From assembly GCA_964530725.1 (NCBI GenBank), contig CAZGYV010000001.1, forward strand, positions 15,829 through 79,828: a DNA stretch of 64,000 bases, in the 5' to 3' direction. Of this stretch, positions 24,238 to 33,385 are shown in pieces. The position numbers and the translations under genes are program-made. Origin of the DNA: an uncultured Candidatus Saccharibacteria bacterium. Its GTDB lineage: Bacteria; Patescibacteriota; Saccharimonadia; CAILAD01; CAZGYV01. The number at the start of each line of letters is the position of its first letter. The first letter of the stretch is position 1. The notes below the pieces were generated by a model. That model was given only the letters and a program-made list of their open reading frames with translations. It searched no databases and had not been told where the DNA came from.

Positions 24238-25523
24238 GCCCGCCTGCCATGGTGAATGCCCAAGATCGCAAATAGCACGATCGCTAGCGTACTGTCGCTA
24301 AAACTATGCAAAAACATGTTGGTTGAAGCCAGGCCAACTATACTGGCGAATAAACTAATGCTAGCCAGATTTTGGCTGCTTAGGCCCTCGCGTAGCAACG
24401 AAATCGCATTAAATCCTAAAAAGGCCAGGAACAGTATTAAGCCAACCAGCCCAATCTCGATCGCGATCTGCAAGTACCAGTTCTCGGTAATGAGTGATTT
24501 AGCGGCGTAATAACTCGCCGGACCGGCGGCGCCCAGCCCCTTGCCTAAGGGGTTTTCGACTACTGTGGCGACTCCGCCCTCGAGTGACTTAAGCCTAATC
24601 TGGTCAGAACCTTTGAGCGTGTTATCGCTGCAGCTGCCGTGCAATAAGTAATATTGGACGATGTTATTGGGGTTGCAGAAATTGCGGCTTGTCACAAATA
24701 GCAAGCCTCCAGTCAGGGCTATCACGACAGCAATGATTATTTTTGGCCGCCAAGATTTCTTAACGCCTAAAAATACAGTTACAAGGATGGCCAAGGCCGC
24801 TCCCAGCCAAGCGCTACGTGAATAGGTCAAATACAAACCGGTAATTAAAGTAGCTAAAATCATGGCTTTTTTCGTATCAAATTTATCGACTAATCGCCCC
24901 GTCACCAAAGTTATTGGTAATATCAGATAGGCACCGAGCTGGTTTGGCCCTCCGAGGGAGGAAAAAGCCCGTCTTACCATGGTGGCGGAATCGACATATT
25001 GAGCCGGTATAATGGTGGTTTCGTTGTAGCCAAGTGTCCTTAACATTTCAGGCGTGATCGCGAAGCTTTGTAAAATAGCTAGTAGGGCCACGATTAAGGC
25101 CGGCCAGACCACCAAATTATATACTTTTTGATCATTGAATCTTGAAGCGACGACCTGTGCCACCACGAATATTACTAGTGGCATTAAGTCTGTTTTGATA
25201 CCAAAAATAAAGGCTGTCAGCGAGCCGAACCTTATCAGGCTGACAGCTAGTGCCAGGACAATGATAGCTGCCACTAGGTAATTGACGCGGTCGAGCTTTG
25301 GCCTATTGCCTGGGTGTTTAAAGATGTAGAAGGCGCCCACCGCGGCTATTACTAGAGCCACTATCTCCTTCCAGGCCTGCCAGACAGGACCCATGCGCGA
25401 AAGACTGCCCAGGTAAGTCGTAAAGAAAGCATGAAAAGGCATCAGAGCTATCAAAACGACTAAGCCGCCGTAGATGATTTGTTCGGCGGATATTTTTTTT
25501 GTCATGATTGATCTAATTTTCAT
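24234..25523 (-). CDS. O-antigen ligase/polymerase-like (Wzy_C) polytopic membrane protein
   Basis: About 10 or more TM segments. YLTYSRSAWLGAALAILV matches the Wzy_C/O-antigen-ligase loop signature. Confidence 0.7.
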   Translation of the reverse strand: MKIRSIMTKKISAEQIIYGGLVVLIALMPFHAFFTTYLGSLSRMGPVWQAWKEIVALVIAAVGAFYIFKHPGNRPKLDRVNYLVAAIIVLALAVSLIRFGSLTAFIFGIKTDLMPLVIFVVAQVVASRFNDQKVYNLVVWPALIVALLAILQSFAITPEMLRTLGYNETTIIPAQYVDSATMVRRAFSSLGGPNQLGAYLILPITLVTGRLVDKFDTKKAMILATLITGLYLTYSRSAWLGAALAILVTVFLGVKKSWRPKIIIAVVIALTGGLLFVTSRNFCNPNNIVQYYLLHGSCSDNTLKGSDQIRLKSLEGGVATVVENPLGKGLGAAGPASYYAAKSLITENWYLQIAIEIGLVGLILFLAFLGFNAISLLREGLSSQNLASISLFASIVGLASTNMFLHSFSDSTLAIVLFAILGIHHGRRA

Positions 25524-26533
25524 CGGTTTGAGATAACGCTGCGCATGTATTCGTCTAGGTTTTCCAGGGCGATGCCGGTACCCTTGGCCACGCAGAGCAG
25601 CGGCTCCTCGGCCACATAAGCCGGTACACCAGTCACCTTGGTCATCAGTTTGTCGATGTTGCGCAGCAAGCTACCGCCACCTGTCATCACCATGCCGCGG
25701 TCAATAATGTCGCTTGAGAGCTCAGGCGGAGTCTGCTCTAAGACCACCTTGACGGCCATGATGATCTCATCTAGCCGATCGTTGATCGCCTCGGTCACCT
25801 CGGATGAATCAAGGCTGACTGTCTTGGGAAGACCGGCAATCATATCGCGGCCGCGAATTTGCATTTGCATCGGCTTATCAAGCGGCATGGCCGAGCCAAT
25901 TTTAATTTTAATCTCCTCGGCTGTCTGATCGCCGATTACGAGGCCGTACTTGCGGCGAATATAGTCGCTAATGGCCTGATCTATCTTGTTGCCACCCACC
26001 CGCACGCTATTTTGAGCCACAATCCCGCCCAGCGAGATAATTGCTACTTCGGTCGTGCCGCCACCGATATCAACGATTAAGTTGCCTGCTGGAGCGGCGA
26101 TTGGCACGTTGGCGCCGATCGCGGCGGCCAGTGGCTCGCGAATAATGTGAGCCTTTTTAGCACCAGCGGCCATAGCCGCATCGATGACAGCCCTTCTCTC
26201 GGTGGAGGTGACACCGGCCGGTATGCTGATCATTAACTCCGGCCTACTTAAGCGAAAGCTGCCCGACACTTTGTTAATAAAATGCTTCAACATGGCTTGG
26301 GTGATACGGTAATCAGCAATCACGCCGTCGCGCAGCGGCCGGTTGGCAGTAATAATATCAGGTGTGCGACCGAGCATTTCTTTAGCTTCATTGCCAATCG
26401 CTACAATCCGATTATCATCGACACTAATAGCCACCACGCTCGGCTCATTAGCTACAATCCCTTTTTTCGGCAAGTAAACCAAAATATGAGCGGTTCCTAG
26501 GTCAATTGCGATTTGTTTTTTGAACATCGACAT
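25520..26533 (-). CDS. mreB: MreB/Mbl-family actin-like protein (paralog 1)
   Basis: IAIDLGTAHILVY, NEPSVVA, DIGGGTTEVA and MTGGGSLLRNIDK; 337 aa. ATGA-type overlap with the downstream Wzy-like gene. Confidence 0.9.
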   Translation of the reverse strand: MSMFKKQIAIDLGTAHILVYLPKKGIVANEPSVVAISVDDNRIVAIGNEAKEMLGRTPDIITANRPLRDGVIADYRITQAMLKHFINKVSGSFRLSRPELMISIPAGVTSTERRAVIDAAMAAGAKKAHIIREPLAAAIGANVPIAAPAGNLIVDIGGGTTEVAIISLGGIVAQNSVRVGGNKIDQAISDYIRRKYGLVIGDQTAEEIKIKIGSAMPLDKPMQMQIRGRDMIAGLPKTVSLDSSEVTEAINDRLDEIIMAVKVVLEQTPPELSSDIIDRGMVMTGGGSLLRNIDKLMTKVTGVPAYVAEEPLLCVAKGTGIALENLDEYMRSVISNR

Positions 26534-26570
26534 TACTAAATATTACCAATTTATTGCTGTTTTCTCTATC

Positions 26571-27842
26571 TTAAACTAAGACTGGCGCACTTTCGCGGTA
26601 CATATTAGCGCCCAGTAAGCGCAATCTCTCGTCGAAGTTCTCATAGCCTCGATCGACGTGCTCAACTCGGTCGATGATAGTTTTGCCCTCAGCGATCATG
26701 GCGGCGATCAAAATAGTGGCCCCGGCTCTGATGTCAAAGCTAATTAGCTCAGCACCAAATAATGGCGTCGGGCCAGATATTACGCCAGTATGAGCGTCTT
26801 TGATAGCGACATGCGCCCCCATGCGCTGCAATTCAAACAAGTATTGCAATCTACCCTCGTACAGAGTCTCAAAAATCTCCGAACTGCCGTTGGCTTGAGT
26901 TAGCAAAACAGCTAGTGGTGCCTGTAAGTCACTAGGGAAGTTGGGATAAGGCTGGACTTTAATTTTAACTGGTCGCAACGGCCCCTTTTTGGGCTTGATG
27001 TGGATAGTTTTGCTATCTGGCAGGTTAAAATTAACACCAATTTCAGCAAATTTTGTCAATAAAGCGTCGTGATCATCGGCTATAAAATCGTCAATCACTA
27101 CATCGCCGTCACTAGCCGCGGCGGCAATCGCTAGCGTGCCGGCTTCAAGCTGATCTGGGCAAATTGTCCACTCGCCGCCACGCAGCTTTTTCACGCCTTC
27201 AATCGTCAGAACGTGACTGCCAATACCGGATATTTTAGCGCCGATATGATTGAGAAAATTGCACAAATCTACGATATGAGGCTCGGTTGCCGCCATCCGC
27301 AGTTCGGTTGTGCCGCTGGCGAGTACTGCTGCCATAATAATGTTTTCAGTGGCTGTGACCGAGAGATCGTCCAGTACCACGCGGCTAGCTTTTGGTGCGC
27401 CCAGTAGTGCAACCAAGCCTTCCTTGTGCGTCACTTTTACCCCCAGCGCTTCGAAGGCATGAAAGTGAGTATCAAGCGGACGAGCACCGATAATATCACC
27501 CCCTGGCTCGGCTACTTTTATCTTGTGTAGTCGACCAATTGCCGCTCCCATTATCAAGACTGAAGCTCGCAGCTTGGAGGTTAGCTTGCGGTCGATTGTG
27601 GAGGCTGATACTGAGCGAGCCGTGATGTTCAACATGCCATTCTCATAGGCGATGTCGGCCCCTAGTTCCTTTAATATATCAACCATCACCCAAACATCGG
27701 TGATTTCTGGAACATTTTTTAAGTATACTGGTCGCTCGGATAATAAGCAGGCGGCAATAATCGGCAGAGCCGCATTTTTACTGCCTGCCACCCTAATTCG
27801 TCCCTCGAGCCGAGTTGGCCCCTCGACGATTAATTTAGCCAT
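26571..27842 (-). CDS. murA: UDP-N-acetylglucosamine 1-carboxyvinyltransferase
   Basis: RIRVAGSKNAALPIIAACLL; EPSP-synthase/MurA fold length (423 aa). Confidence 0.95.
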   Translation of the reverse strand: MAKLIVEGPTRLEGRIRVAGSKNAALPIIAACLLSERPVYLKNVPEITDVWVMVDILKELGADIAYENGMLNITARSVSASTIDRKLTSKLRASVLIMGAAIGRLHKIKVAEPGGDIIGARPLDTHFHAFEALGVKVTHKEGLVALLGAPKASRVVLDDLSVTATENIIMAAVLASGTTELRMAATEPHIVDLCNFLNHIGAKISGIGSHVLTIEGVKKLRGGEWTICPDQLEAGTLAIAAAASDGDVVIDDFIADDHDALLTKFAEIGVNFNLPDSKTIHIKPKKGPLRPVKIKVQPYPNFPSDLQAPLAVLLTQANGSSEIFETLYEGRLQYLFELQRMGAHVAIKDAHTGVISGPTPLFGAELISFDIRAGATILIAAMIAEGKTIIDRVEHVDRGYENFDERLRLLGANMYRESAPVLV

Positions 27843-27918
27843 ATTTTCGTATCAATACCTATGTTTATTTAATGTTGTGTTAACAAATATCTTACAAATC
27901 ATTATAATCTAATGAAGT

Positions 27919-29316
27919 ATGATTTCAAAGCAAACAAGGACGGCACTAGTCTATATCGCCAGTATTATCGCGACGGTCTTGGGCACTATAATTTTAGTCG
28001 CTTTAGCTCGTGGCTATAGCTACGATTTTTTTAGCGGCCAAATCAAAGAGACCGGCCTCGTTATTATTAATTCGCAGCCCTCGGGAGCTTCCATCACTCT
28101 CAATGGCGCTTCCACCAAGCATAAGACGCCATTCCGCCTAGTAAATGCCGAGCCAGGCAATTTAACAGTTGGCCTCAAGAGAGATGAATACCGTGATTGG
28201 CAAAGACAGCTCGTAGTCGAAGCGCAGGAGGTTAGCTTTGCCGACCGCGCGCTGTTAATACCTAAAACTATCCTCTATGACAACTTGTACGGCGACTTTC
28301 GCGCGACATCTGTTGTCCAGTCCAATGATAATCGCCGAGTCGCTTTTGTGACTACTTCGCCCACTCTATCGATCTGGGTATCGGACAATGAGAAGCCGCC
28401 GGTAAGGATATACCAGCCGCCGACACCGACCACGCCAGAAGAAACCGTTACCGCTATCAGCGACCTGCAGCTATCGGCCAATAACGGCAATCAATTACTT
28501 TTTAAGACTACGAGTAATGCCAAGACTCACTTTTTTACTACTCCAACCACTGGCAATCAGATAGCTACCGATATAAATGCTAGCTTTGCGATCGGCGGTG
28601 GCACGCTGACGTTCAATCCTGCCAACGATCGAGAGCTCTTCTGGCTGTACGAGGGCAAGTTGCGCAAGCTCAATCTTGACTCAAAGGCAACCGGCAGCGT
28701 AATGGCTGAAAACATCGCCTACATGAAGATCAAAAGTGATCGAATTTTCTACATCTCAGCCCTCACCCCGACCAACTTAAGTCATGAATTGTGGGGTATG
28801 GATCTGAACGGTGTGCGTAAAATTAAAATTTTAAGCTCAGTCGTTGATAGTCCGGAGTATAAACTCGATTTTGCTCGTGTTCAAAGCCAGGATTACTTGA
28901 TGCTGCTAGCCTCGAAAGACAAGACGGCGGTGCTGTACAGTAATATTTACGACAAGCCTGTTAGCTCGGTTCTTAGCAAAGACGCGACCGATTTTACTTT
29001 TTCGCCCAATGGTACGTATCTGGTCATCAATCATGCCCAGACGGTCAAGGCGTACAACTTGGAGCTGACCGATCGCTTTAATCACAAAACTAGCCTCGCT
29101 GGCCTCACCAGCTGGCGTTGGCTTGATGACTATCATTTGCTTGTCATTACCAATGGTCAGCTGCGGATCATGGACTTTGATGGTCAAAATGACCAGCTTA
29201 TTAGCTCACCGGCCGATCAGGTTGCAACAGTACTGCCAAATAACAACGTCGAGTCAATCAACTACCTGGTGGCTGGACAGGTCAAAAAACTCTACCTTAC
29301 GCTTGAGAAAAAATAG
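27919..29316 (+). CDS. PEGA domain-containing membrane-anchored protein
   Basis: N-terminal TM helix, then a PEGA-type domain (LVIINSQPSGASITLNGASTKHKTPFRLVNAEPGNLTVGLKRDEYRDW), then a beta-rich C-terminal region. Confidence 0.65.
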   Translation: MISKQTRTALVYIASIIATVLGTIILVALARGYSYDFFSGQIKETGLVIINSQPSGASITLNGASTKHKTPFRLVNAEPGNLTVGLKRDEYRDWQRQLVVEAQEVSFADRALLIPKTILYDNLYGDFRATSVVQSNDNRRVAFVTTSPTLSIWVSDNEKPPVRIYQPPTPTTPEETVTAISDLQLSANNGNQLLFKTTSNAKTHFFTTPTTGNQIATDINASFAIGGGTLTFNPANDRELFWLYEGKLRKLNLDSKATGSVMAENIAYMKIKSDRIFYISALTPTNLSHELWGMDLNGVRKIKILSSVVDSPEYKLDFARVQSQDYLMLLASKDKTAVLYSNIYDKPVSSVLSKDATDFTFSPNGTYLVINHAQTVKAYNLELTDRFNHKTSLAGLTSWRWLDDYHLLVITNGQLRIMDFDGQNDQLISSPADQVATVLPNNNVESINYLVAGQVKKLYLTLEKK

Positions 29317-30441
29317 CTAGCTAACTTCTGGCAGCCGCGGCCGGCTGTCGTTTTTTGGTGTACTCTGCGGACTGGCCGGGTCATTTGCATCTTCACCCGG
29401 TGTGAAAAAGGCAATAATTTTACCAAAGAATGTTCGAATTTGCTCGCCAAAGCTCGGTACTTGACCGGGCAGACTGACTGATTCTACTGCCTTACTGTCG
29501 GTTAGCTGCGGCTGAACCTTAGCCGAGGGCAGCGGCTCGATCTGTTTGGCCACGACTATCAATCGCTTCCAACTGGTGCCCGGTGGCGTACAGGTGATAA
29601 GAGTTAGGGTTGGTTCGCTGGTCTGATTTAGTACCGATAAATCATTTGGCAGCACTACTTTTGTTTCGGTCACTTCGTAGACATATTTTTTGGAAGAATA
29701 ATTGATCTGCACTTTGTCGCCGACAGCCATTTTATCGAGCAAGGCAAAGACGAACTTGTAGTTACCCGGCTCCCACCAGTCATTGCTAGAGTGCCCGACA
29801 ATCACCACGTTGCCGACTTCTCCAGGGACGGCGGTACCGGCATAGTGCACGACACCGTTTTGAAGGGCTTTTTGAATATTACTCTCCTGCTGGCTTGGCT
29901 CCATGACGAGTGGCGCGCTGGAGTTGATTTTGGGAATTGTGACGATATTTTCGGGGGGCACGATTTCCACAGGTGTTGGCGTAGTGTTAACTTCTTGCGC
30001 TTCGGTCGGTAGGTTGACGCTCTCGCTGACCTGCGGTGGATTGAAGAGGTAGTTAATCTGCGAGATGATCATCGGCGCGTTAAATACCAGCGCGAATACG
30101 ACAAAGCTAGCCAGGCCAATGCTAATAAACTTGAGCCGGCTTTTGGTGAAAATCTTTTTAAGCTTCAGTCTGTCCGCTATTACCCCCAAGCGAGTACTAA
30201 TAGGATGATTTCTTATGTGATATGTCACTCGGTGGCGCATGCGTTCGGGTATCTTACTAGGCTCGGGAACGTCCGCTGATAGTGGCATGGGCTCGGCTTT
30301 TTTTGGTGGTGGCGGCGGTGGCGGAGCTATCTGAGTCCCGCGACCAAACAAAATAGCCTGGGCTTCCAATTCAGCCTTGGTTGGTTTATGCTTGTGAGAA
30401 GCCGATCCGTCGGTCTCGTGACTAGGATGTATTGTAGACAT
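29317..30441 (-). CDS. sortase-family transpeptidase
   Basis: VIVGHSS (His), TLTLITCTP (catalytic Cys, TLxTC) and an N-terminal TM anchor. Start MSTIHPSHE is chosen because the longer track ORF overlaps tRNA-Leu. Confidence 0.8.
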   Translation of the reverse strand: MSTIHPSHETDGSASHKHKPTKAELEAQAILFGRGTQIAPPPPPPPKKAEPMPLSADVPEPSKIPERMRHRVTYHIRNHPISTRLGVIADRLKLKKIFTKSRLKFISIGLASFVVFALVFNAPMIISQINYLFNPPQVSESVNLPTEAQEVNTTPTPVEIVPPENIVTIPKINSSAPLVMEPSQQESNIQKALQNGVVHYAGTAVPGEVGNVVIVGHSSNDWWEPGNYKFVFALLDKMAVGDKVQINYSSKKYVYEVTETKVVLPNDLSVLNQTSEPTLTLITCTPPGTSWKRLIVVAKQIEPLPSAKVQPQLTDSKAVESVSLPGQVPSFGEQIRTFFGKIIAFFTPGEDANDPASPQSTPKNDSRPRLPEVS

Positions 30442-30504
30442 AATTATACTTTTACAACTCTGATATAATCTATTATAATACAGGAGTTTTGTTAGAACTT
30501 CCAA

Positions 30505-30591
30505 GCCAGAGTGGTGGAATTGGTATACACGCACGACTCAAAATCGTGTGGAGGCAACTCCTTGTGGGTTCGAGTCCCACCTCTGGCACCA
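30505..30591 (+). tRNA. tRNA-Leu (anticodon CAA), 87 nt, long variable arm, encoded CCA
   Basis: Acceptor GCCAGAG/CTCTGGC, anticodon arm CACGA-CTCAAAA-TCGTG, variable arm GGAGGCAACTCC, T-arm TGGGTTCGAGTCCCA, then ACCA. Confidence 0.9.
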
Positions 30592-30597
30592 ACCAAA

Positions 30598-30618
30598 GTC
30601 CCACGTTAGTGGGGTTTT
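30598..30618 (+). terminator. rho-independent terminator after tRNA-Leu
   Basis: CCCAC-gtta-GTGGG followed by GTTTTT. Confidence 0.55.
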
Positions 30619-30627
30619 TGAATATGC

Positions 30628-31476
30628 CTATCCTAACTCCGCCAAAGTACTTTTCAAATTGACCAATGTCTCAGGTGTTTGCAAAGATTGCCTAAAAATA
30701 TAGCTAGCGGTCATAGCTTTGGGCAAAAATTGATCAATATCATTATCATATTGGGCCACTAAGCCCGCCAGTAGGCCGATCAAATAGCCACGGCAATGAT
30801 CAATATCTTCCATCTCAAGGCTGGTAACACCGACTTTATCACCATCTTCGCTGACGATAATATTGTTATTGTCATAAATTACAAAACCTGCCCTTAAACT
30901 GGTTCGCAGAGTATTGATGATATCTATAATGTTAAATATGCCCCGATCCGGCTTGATATCAACGCCGATTTTCAAGTGATTAGCAAGCGTGATAAGCCCC
31001 TTCGTGCTTAAACAGAAAATCGCTTGAGTGTCACTAAAAATGGTCGGATTAATTGATACGACCGACAATGCTTCATCACTCACTAAAATTACGGCTTTAG
31101 CGTCAGTCAACATGTACTCTAGCGCCATTTGGGTCGAGGCACTTTCGGCCAGGCCGGGTGCTAAAACAAGCAAATTGCAGTTCGCACCAGCGTCTTGCAA
31201 AGAGCTTACTTTAAGCATTTTATTTTTATCAAGTTCTATATAGGCAGCGACAGGTAGCCCATGGGTAAACTCGGCAATTTGCGCCGGCACGATCAATTCC
31301 GTTGTTGCGCCAAGAGCACCAGCTGCTTGATAGCAATCACTTAGGGTTTTTAGGCCTTTCACACTACCACCCACGATTGTCAGCCGCGGCCGCAACACTG
31401 GATTGATCGGTCGATTAAACAACACGTCCCCGAATAATAATTCGTCTTTTTGTCGTATGATGGCGGGAGTTGACAC
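30628..31476 (-). CDS. hypothetical protein, degenerate YjeF_C/NAD(P)H-hydrate dehydratase-like fold
   Basis: The pattern LTIVGGSVKGLKTLSDCYQAAGALGAT, LLVLAPGLAES and GYLIGLLAGLVAQ parallels the ribokinase-like YjeF C-terminal motifs, but key residues diverge. Confidence 0.35.
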   Translation of the reverse strand: MSTPAIIRQKDELLFGDVLFNRPINPVLRPRLTIVGGSVKGLKTLSDCYQAAGALGATTELIVPAQIAEFTHGLPVAAYIELDKNKMLKVSSLQDAGANCNLLVLAPGLAESASTQMALEYMLTDAKAVILVSDEALSVVSINPTIFSDTQAIFCLSTKGLITLANHLKIGVDIKPDRGIFNIIDIINTLRTSLRAGFVIYDNNNIIVSEDGDKVGVTSLEMEDIDHCRGYLIGLLAGLVAQYDNDIDQFLPKAMTASYIFRQSLQTPETLVNLKSTLAELG

Positions 31477-31488
31477 GAGTTTTAAAAT

Positions 31489-31887
31489 TTAAGATTTAAT
31501 GTAGAGCTGATTTAGCTCAGGCGGTAAAACACGCGCTAGTTTGATTTTGGAGTGAGGGTCTGCCACCGTTTTCACTGCCCTAAAGTAGGCTTTGAGCAAG
31601 TTAGTAACCTCAGTATTATCCGTTAGCTGAAGACTGATTTTAAGCCTTTCAACAATGGTAGCATGGCGGTAGCGCGGCTGGAGACCACCTAAGCGTACGA
31701 AAAACTTTTGCCGGCTGGGTTGCAAGTAGCCAGGAAGTATGGCAAACAAACGCTCCGAGCGCTTGGCTTCAATCGTGGCATCGAGCGCGCTGGTGACGGC
31801 TCGCGTGGCACGCTCGGCATCACTATTGCTTAATAGATTGGCGTGCTGCTTGACAAGTGCTAAAAAATAATCTGGAATAGGCTTCAT
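31489..31887 (-). CDS. hypothetical protein (132 aa), DUF2267-like
   Basis: Helical repeat with ...SDAERATRAVTSALDATI...LPGYL..., resembling DUF2267. Weak. Confidence 0.3.
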   Translation of the reverse strand: MKPIPDYFLALVKQHANLLSNSDAERATRAVTSALDATIEAKRSERLFAILPGYLQPSRQKFFVRLGGLQPRYRHATIVERLKISLQLTDNTEVTNLLKAYFRAVKTVADPHSKIKLARVLPPELNQLYIKS

Positions 31888-31926
31888 AATTGCCTACTCT
31901 ACCATAAAAAGCTGGTTTTTACCAGA

Positions 31927-32181
31927 TTAATCCTTGTCGAAATTCTGCTTGAGAGAACGGACTTTATTTTCAGCCGTCTTCAGATAAGCTTGCAAGTCTT
32001 TGGCGATCTTGACCCCGCGCTCATATTTGGCAATTGCCTGATCAATGTCAACATCGCTACCCTGCAAGTACTGCGCGATTGACTCGAGCTCTACCATCTG
32101 CGCGCCAAAATCAAAATCGGAGCTGTGTTTGGTCGGTGCTTTGTTTGCGATTGCTTCTTTTTTGTGAGCTGGCTCTGGCAC
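31927..32181 (-). CDS. xseB: exodeoxyribonuclease VII small subunit
   Basis: FGAQMVELESIAQYLQGSDVDIDQAIAKYERGVKIAKDLQAYL is typical XseB. I prefer the GTG start at 32181 after AAGAGGAAA. The track ORF starts at 32238. Confidence 0.75.
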   Translation of the reverse strand: MPEPAHKKEAIANKAPTKHSSDFDFGAQMVELESIAQYLQGSDVDIDQAIAKYERGVKIAKDLQAYLKTAENKVRSLKQNFDKD

Positions 32182-33385
32182 TGTTTTCCTCTTTAATCCG
32201 AGCGAGTCGGGCTTTCCCTTGGTGTAATTGTAGCACAACTACGCTATTTGTTTTTATCTGGTTGGCTGAAGTCACCGTCTTGCCGTCTACTGTCGCCAAA
32301 CTATAACCGCGCGCCAATACGGCCTTAGGGTTCAAATCGTCCAAGATTTGCCGCAAAACCTCGACTCTATCAATTTGTCTCTGGAGGTGTTTTTCCATAC
32401 CATAGTGGCTCAACTCAATTATGCGAGTGAGTTTAGATTTGACGTCATGGTAGAGGCCAGCAAAATGATGGTTAATTTGCTCGATTCGCGTTTCCAGTCG
32501 CGCCAACAGCTCCATCACACGCTGATTGGAATTGGCGTGTAAATTGTTGATGGCGATGATTTGCTGGTGCTTATCGGGTACCAGCCGACGGGCAGCATCG
32601 GTCGGTGTGGCAGCCCGCACATCGGCTACCAGCTCGGCTAGGCTAACATCATCTTCATGGCCAATACCAACAACGCAAGCTATCTTGGAGCCATAGACAG
32701 CTCGCACCACGTCCTCATGATTAAAAGCCTGCAGGTCTTCGGCGCTACCGCCGCCGCGTATCAAGACTAAGGCGTCATAGTCATCGCTACTTTGATTGAA
32801 ATAATTGATCGCCCGCACGATTTGCCTTGGCGCCTCTAAGCCTTGGACTTGCACCTGAGCTTGGTCAATAACAAGCCCACCCCAGCGATCATTGATTATA
32901 GTGATAAAGTCATTAAAAGCCGCCGCCTGGCGCGACGTAATAAGGGCTACACGACGCGGATATGGTGGCAGCACTCGTTTACGATCGGGCGCGAACAAAC
33001 CTTCGCGCTCAAATTGGGCTTTCAAAAGGTCAAAAGCTCGCTTGACCGCACCCTCTCCCGATAGCTCGATTTCTTTAACGGTCAGGCTAAATTTACCCCA
33101 CTTGGTCAGATTTGGCGTGGCGACTACCCGCACCAGCATGCCATCTTCAAGAGCCACCTTCAAGTTGTATACCGTCATAAAGCAGCCGATGGTAGACGTT
33201 TCATCCTTCAGGTCAAAAAACACCCATTTACCTTGATTCACTTTAAAGCTGGCAATCTCCCCTTCGATTACGACCGAGGGATAAGCGAACTCCAGCGTCT
33301 GATTGAGGAGCGCATGAAATTGACTGACTGTTAATATTTCATTTTCCACGGTGGCTCTTCTTCGCGGGCTGGTTATTTTCATCAA
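32111..33385 (-). CDS. xseA: exodeoxyribonuclease VII large subunit
   Basis: OB-fold N-terminus (LTVSQFHALLNQTLEFAYPSVVIEGEIASFK..GKWVFFDLKD) and catalytic core (LIRGGGSAEDL, GIGHEDD). Start uncertain (GTG at 33349 is possible). Confidence 0.85.
   Translation of the reverse strand: MMKITSPRRRATVENEILTVSQFHALLNQTLEFAYPSVVIEGEIASFKVNQGKWVFFDLKDETSTIGCFMTVYNLKVALEDGMLVRVVATPNLTKWGKFSLTVKEIELSGEGAVKRAFDLLKAQFEREGLFAPDRKRVLPPYPRRVALITSRQAAAFNDFITIINDRWGGLVIDQAQVQVQGLEAPRQIVRAINYFNQSSDDYDALVLIRGGGSAEDLQAFNHEDVVRAVYGSKIACVVGIGHEDDVSLAELVADVRAATPTDAARRLVPDKHQQIIAINNLHANSNQRVMELLARLETRIEQINHHFAGLYHDVKSKLTRIIELSHYGMEKHLQRQIDRVEVLRQILDDLNPKAVLARGYSLATVDGKTVTSANQIKTNSVVVLQLHQGKARLARIKEENSARASSQKRSNRKQSTDQTQLRF

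Noticed and set aside
30442-30534. 31-codon N-terminal extension of the sortase track ORF
   Set aside because: It overlaps tRNA-Leu (30505-30591) in antisense. The internal ATG at 30441 gives a sensible cytoplasmic tail and TM anchor.
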